DNA from: Bacillota bacterium | GTDB taxonomy: Bacteria; Bacillota; Bacilli; Alicyclobacillales; SLC66 | Direction: 5' to 3' | NCBI GenBank assembly: GCA_021828865.1 | Contig: JAJZCW010000012.1 | Coordinates: 1-24,000, forward strand | Length of the DNA stretch: 24,000 nt | In this document: positions 1 through 9,370 of the stretch, piece by piece | Layout: every line of letters begins with the position of its first letter | Position numbering within the stretch: position 1 is the first letter of the stretch | Position numbers and translations under genes: made by a program | The notes under the pieces: generated by a model | The model's input: only the letters and a program-made list of their open reading frames with translations | What the model was told of the DNA's origin: nothing | Database searches by the model: none

Positions 1-62
1 ACAATGATGAAGAATTGCTGATTGTACGTGAAGCCGATATTCTTGGCGTGGTGGAAGCTTAA
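1..62 (+). CDS. groES: co-chaperonin GroES, C-terminal fragment (5' end outside the window)
   Basis: Reading from nt 3 gives NDEELLIVREADILGVVEA followed by TAA at 60-62. This is the typical GroES C-terminus, and it lies directly upstream of groEL. Confidence 0.9.
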   Translation, partial: NDEELLIVREADILGVVEA

Positions 63-143
63 TCAGGAATTGGTGACATGATTAATTTTTCCGCGAAGTT
101 TTATCTTACATAAGTAAACGGAGCGGTCTAGGTAACGGGATAA

Positions 144-1784
<1,641 letters not shown>

Positions 1785-1803
1785 GTTCCAGCTTGGCTGG
1801 AGC

Positions 1804-1849
1804 GGGGAAATCCTTGATGTATCGAGGATTTCCCCTTTTTTTTTTTTTT
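1804..1849 (+). terminator. rho-independent terminator of groESL
   Basis: Perfect 11-bp stem: GGGGAAATCCT (1804-1814) pairs with AGGATTTCCCC (1825-1835), with a 10-nt loop. It is followed by a run of 14 T (1836-1849). Confidence 0.9.
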
Positions 1850-1867
1850 GGGGGGGTGGGGGGGGGT
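1836..1867. repeat. compound homopolymer tract T14-G7-T-G9-TG
   Basis: Counted directly: T x14 at 1836-1849, G x7 at 1850-1856, T at 1857, G x9 at 1858-1866. Confidence 0.95.
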
Positions 1868-2129
1868 GTCTTTTGAAATTCTTTGATAGTTTAATTTTTT
1901 TTACTACACGATCACGACTAAATTCTCCCCTTCTCCAATAACACAACTGTGTGATATGAAGTACTTGTTTCAACCATCTCGATTAACTCGTACTGGGTGA
2001 CGGCGGCATCTTGTGTTATCGGGTCCCTATCATCAGTAACATGTAAACTTATAAACTGAGTAGGGATAATAAAGTACAGAATTACACACAGCCTTATGAC
2101 GCTATCGGGGGCTCAAATAGAGCGGTGTT

Positions 2130-2687
2130 TCACTCCAAGCAACAAAACAAGTTTTCATACAACTCATAAACGGTGAGCAACTGCTCCGCAAGGCTTTTCT
2201 CAGCGTTTTTAATCCATTTAGTATATGCCATATGAAAAATTTCAACCGCAAATCGCGCAGTGAGTTCCGACAGATCACCATCATATTGGGGAGATAATGA
2301 GTTTGAGATCGAAGTGATGAGCACTTGCCCCTTCAATAATTCTCGTTCCTGCAGATCAGGATTACTTTGAATAATTTGATTCCGCGCTAGCACTCTCTCT
2401 CGCGAGTTGTCAAAAAACTCGGAAATCGACACAAAACTTTCCACCGCAAGCTTAAGCGGTTTTTTCTCTACGTCAAAATTGCTCGTGATATATGCCGCGA
2501 CTCTCTGCCCCAGATCATTGTTCGTGTCAAAAAGGACGTCCGACTTGTCCTTGAATTGCCGGAAAAAGGTTCGTTCCGTCACACCCGCAAGACTCGCAAT
2601 CTCCTGTACAGTCGTATTTTCAAAGCCCTTTTCTATAAATAATTTGGCGGCTGCTGCCTGTAATTTTTCTTTGCTTTTCATTTTCAT
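2130..2687 (-). CDS. TetR/AcrR family transcriptional regulator
   Basis: 185 aa. The N-terminal helix-turn-helix AAAKLFIEKGFENTTVQEIASLAGVTERTFFRQF is the TetR_N signature. The gene is divergent from the operon it probably controls. Confidence 0.93.
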   Translation of the reverse strand: MKMKSKEKLQAAAAKLFIEKGFENTTVQEIASLAGVTERTFFRQFKDKSDVLFDTNNDLGQRVAAYITSNFDVEKKPLKLAVESFVSISEFFDNSRERVLARNQIIQSNPDLQERELLKGQVLITSISNSLSPQYDGDLSELTARFAVEIFHMAYTKWIKNAEKSLAEQLLTVYELYENLFCCLE

Positions 2688-2724
2688 CAGTCCTATTTAT
2701 GCAATTAATAGCAGAAAAACCAAA

Positions 2725-2801
2725 GTGTCAGTTTGCGACATTTTTTCTTGACAATAAAAATCCTGTAAGTATAAAATGATTTCAGATGTCAGTTTGTGAC
2801 A
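2725..2801. promoter_or_regulatory. divergent promoter region with two copies of a TetR-type operator (TGTCAGTTTGYGACA)
   Basis: Site 1 is TGTCAGTTTGCGACA (2726-2740). Site 2 is TGTCAGTTTGTGACA (2787-2801), 14/15 identical. Each has a TGTC-N7-GACA inverted core. Between them lies TTGACA (2748-2753), a 16-nt spacer, then TATAAA (2770-2775), facing the + strand operon. Confidence 0.6.
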
Positions 2802-2831
2802 CTATTTTATCAAAAAGAAGGAGAATACACA

Positions 2832-3713
2832 ATGAAAATAACAGTACTCGGTTCTCTTGGCAATATTAATCGTCACTACCTTCCGCGCCTCATTGCTGAC
2901 GGACACGATGTCACGGTCATCACCAGTTCTAGTGATCGCATCACAGATATCGAAGCGCTTGGTGCCAAACCCGCAGTCGGTTCAAACCAAGACGTCGACT
3001 TCCTTACTCGGACTTTCACAGGTAGTGATGTGATTTACCTCATGATTTCAGGCGTAAATCCAACCTCTGGCGTCGACATGTGGCAGAGTGCCATCGAACT
3101 CTCTGAACACTATAAGACCGCTGTGCAACATTCGGGGGTGAAAAACGTCGTCAACCTCAGCTCAATCGGTGCCGACAACCCTAACGCTGGCATTCTTTAC
3201 ATCTATCATTTTGCTGAAGACGCGCTTAACTCACTTGAAGGGGTGAACGTCGCTCATATTCGTCCTGTCGGCTTTTATAGCAATCTTTTTGCTGACATGC
3301 CCAGCCTCAAAACGATGCAAACCATCTTTAGTCCAGTTCCGCCTAATATTGCGCATGGTTGGGTCAGCCCCATTGATATTGCGGACGTTGCTTATGCTCT
3401 GATTAATCGTACTCCTTCGGGCAACACTGCGAAATTCGTCGTTAGTGACTGGGCATCAGCCAACGACTGGCTCAAAGTTCTTTCGGATAATGGGATTGAA
3501 GCCAAATATCAACAAATACCATTCGAGGCCCTCGTTGAAAATATGATAAAATTAGGTTTTCACGAAGATACCGCTTACCGCTTTGCCCAAATGAGACGCT
3601 CCGGTGAGAATCCTGATGAATTTTACGCCAGTTTACGCGCCACGGATTACCACTTGGGGAAAGTCAAACTTATTGACTTCGCAAAAGTTTTTGCTGCTGT
3701 ATACAACGGGTAG
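2832..3713 (+). CDS. NmrA-like / atypical SDR NAD(P)H-binding protein
   Basis: N-terminal Rossmann motif MKITVLGSLGNINRHYLPRLIADGHDVTVITS. I prefer the ATG at 2832 because GAAGGAGA (2817-2824) precedes it. The track ORF opens at 2796. Confidence 0.78.
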   Translation: MKITVLGSLGNINRHYLPRLIADGHDVTVITSSSDRITDIEALGAKPAVGSNQDVDFLTRTFTGSDVIYLMISGVNPTSGVDMWQSAIELSEHYKTAVQHSGVKNVVNLSSIGADNPNAGILYIYHFAEDALNSLEGVNVAHIRPVGFYSNLFADMPSLKTMQTIFSPVPPNIAHGWVSPIDIADVAYALINRTPSGNTAKFVVSDWASANDWLKVLSDNGIEAKYQQIPFEALVENMIKLGFHEDTAYRFAQMRRSGENPDEFYASLRATDYHLGKVKLIDFAKVFAAVYNG

Positions 3714-3718
3714 AAGCG

Positions 3719-4573
3719 ATGAACGACACACGCGAGGATATGGCAAATAGAGTATTTTTAATTTCAGGGGGCACATCCGGAGTAGGAAAAGCCATCGCAA
3801 CGGGACTCGCTAGACTTGGCGCCAAGGTCGTGATCATAAGCAGAAGCGCGGATCGTGGACAGGCTGCAGTAAAGGAGATTTCGGAAGCCACAGGAAATAG
3901 CAGGGTAGATTGGTTCGCGGCGGACCTTTCTCTACAGTCATCGATCCAGGAAGTCGCCAATATCTACAAACGGAAGTACGATCAATTGCATGTGCTGATT
4001 AATGCTAGTGGTGCAGTCTATTTCAAGAAGGAATTGACGGCTGAGGGAATTGACCGAATGTTCGCGGTCAATGTGCTTAGTCACTATTTGCTGACTAACC
4101 GGTTGCTCGACATCCTCCAAGAAAGCGGACCTGCACGCGTCATCACTGTGTCTGGTCACCCTAGATTTTTGAAAAATCCCGTCATTAACTTCGATGATAT
4201 TCAAATGGAGTACCAGTATAGCGCGATGCGAGCAATCAGCCAGTCGCTGTTCGCCAGGACGTTATTTGCTTTCGAATTGGCAAACCGGTTGGAAGGTACG
4301 GGAGTGACCTCCAACGCATTTCATCCTGGGAGAGTGAAATCTAATCTCGGGAGAAATGCGCCTTGGTATTTGAGGGTCGCTACACCTCTCGTAAATGCAT
4401 TTTTCAAAGCAGAATGCGGGATCGGGGTTTATCTGGCGTCTGCGCAGGAAATAGAGTACGCAAATGGTATGTTCTTCGATGAGAAGAAGCGGATCATAGC
4501 GATTCACACCCAATTTGAAGATGGAGCGGGCAATAGACTGTGGACTTTGTGCGAAAAGTTGACAAGTGACTAA
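3719..4573 (+). CDS. SDR-fold protein (retinol-dehydrogenase-like) that appears to lack the catalytic Ser/Tyr/Lys
   Basis: Cofactor motif ISGGTSGVGKAIA plus LINASG. The HPGRVKSNL region aligns without gaps to the RDH-type SDR as I recall it. The positions of the catalytic S, Y and K read G146, I173 and L177 (see findings). Confidence 0.82.
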   Translation: MNDTREDMANRVFLISGGTSGVGKAIATGLARLGAKVVIISRSADRGQAAVKEISEATGNSRVDWFAADLSLQSSIQEVANIYKRKYDQLHVLINASGAVYFKKELTAEGIDRMFAVNVLSHYLLTNRLLDILQESGPARVITVSGHPRFLKNPVINFDDIQMEYQYSAMRAISQSLFARTLFAFELANRLEGTGVTSNAFHPGRVKSNLGRNAPWYLRVATPLVNAFFKAECGIGVYLASAQEIEYANGMFFDEKKRIIAIHTQFEDGAGNRLWTLCEKLTSD

Positions 4574-4627
4574 TCGAGCTAAGGCCATCCCGCAAGTGGT
4601 TAAATTAACCATAATTTTAGGACTAAA

Positions 4628-5056
4628 TTGGATAAGATCATTGTCGTCGAAAAAATAATTAGAAATGGTGTGACGTTGATGATAAACAAGGTTGGTCAAA
4701 TTATGTTGTATGTAAATAATCAAGACGAAGCGTTGAATTTTTGGACGGAAAAAGTGGGGTTTGCCGTCATCGCTACAGAAGATAACGGCCAAGGGATGAG
4801 GTGGATTGAAATCGCCCCTACTAAAGAGGCAGAAACAAGCATTGTGCTTCACAACAAGGAATTAATATCTAAAATGCAACCAGAACTAACCCTTGGCACC
4901 CCTTCTTTGCTCTTTTTCTCAGAAAATCTAGACCAATTCCATCAAGAGTTATCCAATAAGAACGTTACTGTCGGGGAAATTGTCAACATGGGATTCCGAA
5001 AGGTATTTAATTTCGCAGACAGTGAAGGGAATTATTTTGCTGTCATGGAAAAGTGA
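4628..5056 (+). CDS. VOC / glyoxalase-bleomycin resistance family protein
   Basis: KVGQIMLYVNNQDEALNFWTEKVGF is the typical first beta-alpha-beta-beta-beta module. The C-terminal FADSEGNYFAV is the typical second module. The start is uncertain: TTG at 4628 or ATG at 4679. Confidence 0.78.
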   Translation: MDKIIVVEKIIRNGVTLMINKVGQIMLYVNNQDEALNFWTEKVGFAVIATEDNGQGMRWIEIAPTKEAETSIVLHNKELISKMQPELTLGTPSLLFFSENLDQFHQELSNKNVTVGEIVNMGFRKVFNFADSEGNYFAVMEK

Positions 5057-5063
5057 ACTGGTG

Positions 5064-5100
5064 GGAACTCATGCGACTAATAGCGTATGAGTCCTTATTG
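5064..5100 (+). terminator. terminator-like hairpin after the VOC gene
   Basis: 5064-5075 pairs with 5084-5094: 11 bp with one bulged A and one G-U pair, and an 8-nt loop. A T-rich but interrupted tail TTATTGTGTT follows. Confidence 0.5.
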
Positions 5101-5692
5101 TGTTAATGGGTTGCGACTTGAAAGTCGTCGGTAATCATGCGGTGCGAATCGGCCCGTCCAGAACTGCGGACGCGAACCTACCTTGACGTGGGACTGTGGA
5201 AACGCGGTCTTGCGATAGCTCACGGGACAATGTAGCCAAGTCAGATAGGGTGAATTCTGGCCGGAGCTAGGTTGAGAAGTGCATGGTGAACACCAGTGAA
5301 CCCCATATAAACCGCGTCACGCAAGACAAGCGAAACACCCTGATACGCTTGAGCCAAAAAGGCAAGTAGCCGGAATCGCCACTCCCGTTTTGGCGATTCG
5401 CAGTTCCAAGCGCTACCGCGGGAGTCGGGGCACCTAAACACTTCAGAGCTGGGTTATCGATGGAACAAGGTAAGCCCCATGGGGTCTGTCCGTTCATGGG
5501 CAGTAAGCGGAGCGCAAGTGACGCCGAACTCCCCAGGGGGTAGAGGAATGGGCAAAAAGCGAAGGCTGTCTTGTAATAAGACGGATATGGGCGGCAGAGA
5601 TGCCTGGATACCCTGACGCGAAAGCGTGCAGACTTGCCCGAGGTCATTCAGCTAGGAATCCTACAGCATGAGACGAAAAGGAGTGGACTGTT

Positions 5693-7576
5693 ATGAACCG
5701 AGAAGCCGTCGAAAAAGACGAGTCAACAGTCTACCTTCGCAAGAATCACCGGAAATCCCGTCAGGACGAAATCATGCGCGCATGGGTAGAAGCTCAAACA
5801 GCCGATATCAGCGAACAGGAAGCCGTCGATCACGGGGCGGACTGGAAGAGAATCGAGCGCCACGTCCTCAGGTTGCAGAGACAACTGGCTCACGCAGTCG
5901 AGCAGAACAATCGAAAAGTCATCCGCCATTTCAAGTGGCTCATCCGAACCAGCCACCATGTAAAACTTCTGGCCATTCGACACGTGACACAAGAGAATCA
6001 AGGACGACACACTGCCGGAGTAGATGGGAAAACCTACACAACGCCAAGCGAGCGGAAAGAATTAGCCGAAATTATCAACCTGCGAAGCAGGCCACTTCCA
6101 GTCCGACGCGTGTACATCAAAAAGAAGAATGGGAAACTCAGGCCCTTAGGAATTCCTACTACGCACGACCGTGTGTGTCAGGCCATCCACAAAATGGCCA
6201 TGGAACCGGAGTGGGACATGCAGTTTTCCCCAAATACGTACGGTTTTCGTCCGAATCGCTCGACGTGGGATGCCATCAGTCAGGTTTTTCAAATCCTATG
6301 TAAGCGAAATTCAGCTCAATGGATCATTGAAGGTGACATTAAAGCCTTTTTTGACAACGTCGACCACGACAAACTTCTAGTCAAGCTGGCTCCGGAGGAT
6401 CGTGTGTCTGTTCGGCGGATGCTTAAGGCTTCAGTCGTCGATCCGGAAATAGGTCTAATGCCCAGCACACGAGGAACACCTCAGGGCGGACTACTTTCGC
6501 CGCTTTTGGCGGTCATCGCTTTGCATGGCATGGAAGAAGAACTCCGACTAAAAGCCTGGAAAATGGGGTTTGGAAATAGCCGCGCAAATCCAGGCATCAA
6601 CATCGTGTCTTACGCCGATGACTTTGTTGTCACGTGCAAAACAAAAGAGCAGGCAGAGCAGTTTGTACCAGTCATATCCGAATGGCTTGCAGAGAACGTG
6701 GGTGTTGAACTCAGCGTGGAGAAAACCCGTATTACTCATATTGATGACGGGTTCAATTTCCTTGGGTTTCATGTCCGAAAATACGATGGTCAGTTGCTTA
6801 TCAAACCATCCAAGGACAGTAAGCTCGCGGTACTGCGAAAAATAAAGGGTGTTCTGGACTCAAACAAATCGGTAAAAACCTCGAAGGTCATTCGACTACT
6901 CAATCCAATCATTCGAGGTTGGGGCAACTATTATAGCTCACAGGTGAGCAAAAAGGCCTTCTCCTACTGCGATCACAGAATCAACCAGATGCTGCTGAAG
7001 TGGGCAAGGAGAAGACATCCACACAAAAGCGCTAAATGGATACACAGACGATACTTTCCCCAGCGCGGAAATAGACATTGGGTGTTCTCAGACAGACACC
7101 AAACACTGGCCACCATGGCCGATATTCGAATTATACGCCACATCAAGATACAAGGGCATCGCTCACCACACCGCCCGAGTGATGATGAGTACTTTGAAAA
7201 CCGCCGAGAACAACTGATGCTCAAACGCATGAACGGCTTCCAGAAGAGCGTGGTACGCAGGACGAACGGTAGATGTCCTCTATGTGGTTGTAAAATATCC
7301 GCAGAACATCTTCGTCGATGGCAAACAAATGGCGAAAACAACGTTCAATTTGTTCGGATGATACCCGAGAGGTTAGGTGGACAGTACACGATTGAAAATG
7401 TTCGCGTGACTCATCGATGGTGCTATGATCGGTACCATCAGGTTTATGGATACGATACCCTGCCCGACAATCCGGAACAATATCTCTCCCACCAAGAGAG
7501 AATTGTCAACGGTCAAGTGGTACAACTGCGTAGCCGAGCAACCCGAGATGAAGAACACAACTGTAGAATGGCTTGA
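5693..7576 (+). CDS. group II intron-encoded protein: reverse transcriptase / maturase with a C-terminal HNH-like region
   Basis: 627 aa. RT blocks TAGVDG, RPLGIPTTHDRVCQ, YGFRPNRS, GTPQGGLLSPLL and YADDFVV. Maturase X motif RGWGNYY. C-terminal CPLCG...IPERLGG...ENV...H. AAAAGGAG RBS about 9 nt upstream. Confidence 0.97.
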   Translation: MNREAVEKDESTVYLRKNHRKSRQDEIMRAWVEAQTADISEQEAVDHGADWKRIERHVLRLQRQLAHAVEQNNRKVIRHFKWLIRTSHHVKLLAIRHVTQENQGRHTAGVDGKTYTTPSERKELAEIINLRSRPLPVRRVYIKKKNGKLRPLGIPTTHDRVCQAIHKMAMEPEWDMQFSPNTYGFRPNRSTWDAISQVFQILCKRNSAQWIIEGDIKAFFDNVDHDKLLVKLAPEDRVSVRRMLKASVVDPEIGLMPSTRGTPQGGLLSPLLAVIALHGMEEELRLKAWKMGFGNSRANPGINIVSYADDFVVTCKTKEQAEQFVPVISEWLAENVGVELSVEKTRITHIDDGFNFLGFHVRKYDGQLLIKPSKDSKLAVLRKIKGVLDSNKSVKTSKVIRLLNPIIRGWGNYYSSQVSKKAFSYCDHRINQMLLKWARRRHPHKSAKWIHRRYFPQRGNRHWVFSDRHQTLATMADIRIIRHIKIQGHRSPHRPSDDEYFENRREQLMLKRMNGFQKSVVRRTNGRCPLCGCKISAEHLRRWQTNGENNVQFVRMIPERLGGQYTIENVRVTHRWCYDRYHQVYGYDTLPDNPEQYLSHQERIVNGQVVQLRSRATRDEEHNCRMA

Positions 7577-7608
7577 GCTGCATAACGGGAAACTGTTACG
7601 TGCAGTTC
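7575..7608 (+). ncRNA. group II intron domain V (catalytic hairpin)
   Basis: GAGCTGCATAACGGGAAACTGTTACGTGCAGTTC. It has the AGC triad at positions 2-4, an 8-bp lower stem, a 2-nt CG bulge, a 6-bp upper stem and a GAAA tetraloop. It overlaps the IEP stop codon. Confidence 0.92.
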
Positions 7609-7738
7609 TGAGGGGGCGAGGGCACCGCAAGGTGCCTGAGCTACCCAGCCCGGAGTATACAGTGCGCCTATCTTTACTCATTTATTTCCATAATATGAAC
7701 TACTGTATTTTTGCGAGTAATTGAGTCGACAACGGATA

Positions 7739-7990
7739 ATGACCGAAACTAAATTGCTTAATTTTTCCATCCCGCGCTTTACTTCGGAAGAGACATTTGA
7801 TTTTATTTTTCAGTTCATCTTGAATACAGAGAATATCTTAAAAAACAACATTATTGGATGATTCTATACTGAGGAAAGCGGTCAGTATAGAGGTATATTA
7901 CAGATGGTTGTTCATGGGGTTAAGTTATATTTCGAAATTAAGGGCGATAAGATAGTGATTCTCGCAATAAATTTTCCTCGTGAGATATGA
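7739..7990 (+). pseudogene. 83-codon ORF interrupted by a single in-frame TGA (7859-7861); function unknown
   Basis: One frame reads MTETKLLNFSIPRFTSEETFDFIFQFILNTENILKNNIIG-TGA-FYTEESGQYRGILQMVVHGVKLYFEIKGDKIVILAINFPREI-TGA. The RBS is weak. I recognise no family. Confidence 0.35.
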
Positions 7991-8097
7991 CAGAAAGGTT
8001 AATCTTTGTTTGGACACTTTAAACAAGTCAATTTATGAGGAGTATACTAATCGGGAGGAAACACGACGCACCGAATTAAATGAAGGAGCAATTTGTA

Positions 8098-9156
8098 ATG
8101 CAAAAATATGATGAAGCACGAGAATTCATCTTGAAATGTTACCGTGAACTTGAAAAGAGTGTTGAGGAAACTCAAGACAGATTAGCCGTAATCAAAGAAA
8201 GCTTGATGCAAAAAGCTACGTACGAGCTTACATACGAAGAATTGGAACATGGTGCGAGAATGGCATGGAGAAATAGCAATCGCTGTATTGGGAGATTGTT
8301 TTGGAAGTCACTAAACGTTTTTGATGAGAGACATCTGACAAAGGCCAGTGAGATGGTAAAAGCTCTTTATCGTCATATTGAGTTTGCTACGAACGAAGGA
8401 AAGATACGACCTACAATTACCGTGTTTAATCCAAGGATGCGTATTTGGAACCATCAACTTATCCGTTATGCCGGTTATGAGACCAAGCGGGGTATTATCG
8501 GCGATCCGCATTCGGTTGCGTTTACGCGTGTCTGTGAAGAATTGGGCTGGAGCGGCAAACGGACGCCGTTTGATGTTCTGCCACTAGTCGTTCAAATCAA
8601 TAGTGAGCAACCAGTTTGCTTTTCCATTCCTGATGAATTGATTTTGGAAGTTGATATCCATCACCCATATTATCCCCAATTTGAAGAGTTAGGGCTTAAG
8701 TGGTACACCGTTCCCATGATTGCAGATATGGCGTTAGAAATAGGGGGACTTCGATTTTCGGCAGCCCCATTTAATGGCTGGTATATGGAAACGGAAATCG
8801 GGGCTCGTAACTTTGCAGATGTCACTCGCTACAACATGTTGCCGAAGGTGGCGTCACTAATAGGACTCGACACTAAATCGGACGCGTCATTATGGAGAGA
8901 CAGGGCTCTCATCGAACTAAACATTGCTGTCTTACAGTCATTTAAGAAAAGTGGCGTAACTATCGTTGATCATCATACTGCTGCCAAGCAGTTTGGACGG
9001 TTTGAGCAGACTGAAATGGACGTGGGGCGTGAACTTACGGGAGACTGGACTTGGTTGATTTCCCCAGTTTCTCCGTCGACCACACACATTTTTCATCGAC
9101 ATTACGATAACAAAGTGGTGAAGCCTAACTACTCTCAACAAGAAAACCCCTTTTGA
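8098..9156 (+). CDS. nos: bacterial nitric oxide synthase, oxygenase domain only
   Basis: Heme-thiolate loop [13 protein letters not shown], substrate-binding [16 protein letters not shown], and DHHTAA...TGDWTWL. It is colinear with B. subtilis NOS as I recall it. I prefer the ATG at 8098 because AAGGAG (8083-8088) lies 9 nt upstream. The track ORF opens at 8080. Confidence 0.96.
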   Translation: MQKYDEAREFILKCYRELEKSVEETQDRLAVIKESLMQKATYELTYEELEHGARMAWRNSNRCIGRLFWKSLNVFDERHLTKASEMVKALYRHIEFATNEGKIRPTITVFNPRMRIWNHQLIRYAGYETKRGIIGDPHSVAFTRVCEELGWSGKRTPFDVLPLVVQINSEQPVCFSIPDELILEVDIHHPYYPQFEELGLKWYTVPMIADMALEIGGLRFSAAPFNGWYMETEIGARNFADVTRYNMLPKVASLIGLDTKSDASLWRDRALIELNIAVLQSFKKSGVTIVDHHTAAKQFGRFEQTEMDVGRELTGDWTWLISPVSPSTTHIFHRHYDNKVVKPNYSQQENPF

Positions 9157-9290
9157 TCTGGATCATGGTATTATTGTATAAATTTTCATTGCTAGAATCA
9201 TTACCACCTTAGATAGCGTTGGGATAAACCTTGCCATCCACTAACGTCTGGATTGTTGGATTTTCTCCTTCATTGGAATTTGCAATTATA

Positions 9291-9319
9291 TTGGAAACAA
9301 AAGCAAGTTATTTTATAAT
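9291..9319 (+). promoter_or_regulatory. sigma-A-like promoter upstream of the sensor phosphatase gene
   Basis: TTGGAA (9291-9296), a 17-nt spacer, then TATAAT (9314-9319). ATTGGAA is directly repeated at 9272-9278 and 9290-9296. Confidence 0.45.
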
Positions 9320-9370
9320 AATTTATATAAATAATTTTTGATTCAACTTCACTACTCTACCTAATAGCGG

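Larger units (their letters stand above)
5142..7650 (+). mobile_element. full-length group II intron (ribozyme domains I-VI with the IEP ORF in domain IV)
   Basis: GTGCG 5' consensus at 5142. About 550 nt of GC-rich non-coding RNA precede an intact RT/maturase ORF. Canonical 34-nt domain V at 7575-7608. Domain VI-like hairpin at 7612-7646 with a GCAA tetraloop and a bulged A at 7643. The 3' boundary is not resolved (about 7647-7660). Confidence 0.92.

Noticed and set aside
1850-1866. A possible link between the G-runs here and the GGGGTGGGGGG at 13557-13567 and GGGGGTGG at 23730-23737, as a dispersed repeat family.
   Set aside because: The shared sequence is only a few nucleotides of G-rich Shine-Dalgarno-like sequence (TTATTCGGGG at the latter two). 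That is too short to call a repeat element. The 23730 copy is simply the RBS of the UPF0316 gene.
2407-2751. 114-aa + strand ORF overlapping tetR, and the 2102-2284 minus ORF.
   Set aside because: The first is antisense and the second an alternative frame of a well-supported TetR gene. Neither has an RBS or motifs.
4262-4852. 196-aa minus-strand ORF spanning the SDR/VOC junction. Also 3670-3960 and 3938-4204 on the minus strand.
   Set aside because: They overlap two well-supported + strand genes and have no recognisable domain. They are shadow ORFs.
5111-5117. TTGCGAC at 5111 as an alternative intron 5' end.
   Set aside because: It deviates from GUGYG and forms part of a small local hairpin (CGACT/AGTCG). 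The canonical GTGCG at 5142 is a better fit. Not tested experimentally.
5267-6303. ORFs 5267-5647 (-), 5241-5441 (-), 5668-6303 (+) and 5723-6010 (-) in the intron region.
   Set aside because: They overlap the structured ribozyme 5' domains or are alternative frames of the RT gene. The sequences are Arg/Ser-rich with no motifs. The 5693-7576 frame carries all the RT/maturase motifs.
7662-7668. GTGCGCC just after the intron, which resembles the 5' consensus of a second group II intron (a possible twintron or nested copy).
   Set aside because: Downstream sequence turns AT-rich at once, with no domain I-like structure, no second domain V and no RT remnant. A 7-mer match is probably chance. It may still matter for placing the 3' splice site.
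8035-8079. 14-codon ORF (MRSILIGRKHDAPN) in the nos leader as a possible leader peptide.
   Set aside because: It has no RBS spacing support, no associated alternative hairpins, and is too short to evaluate.
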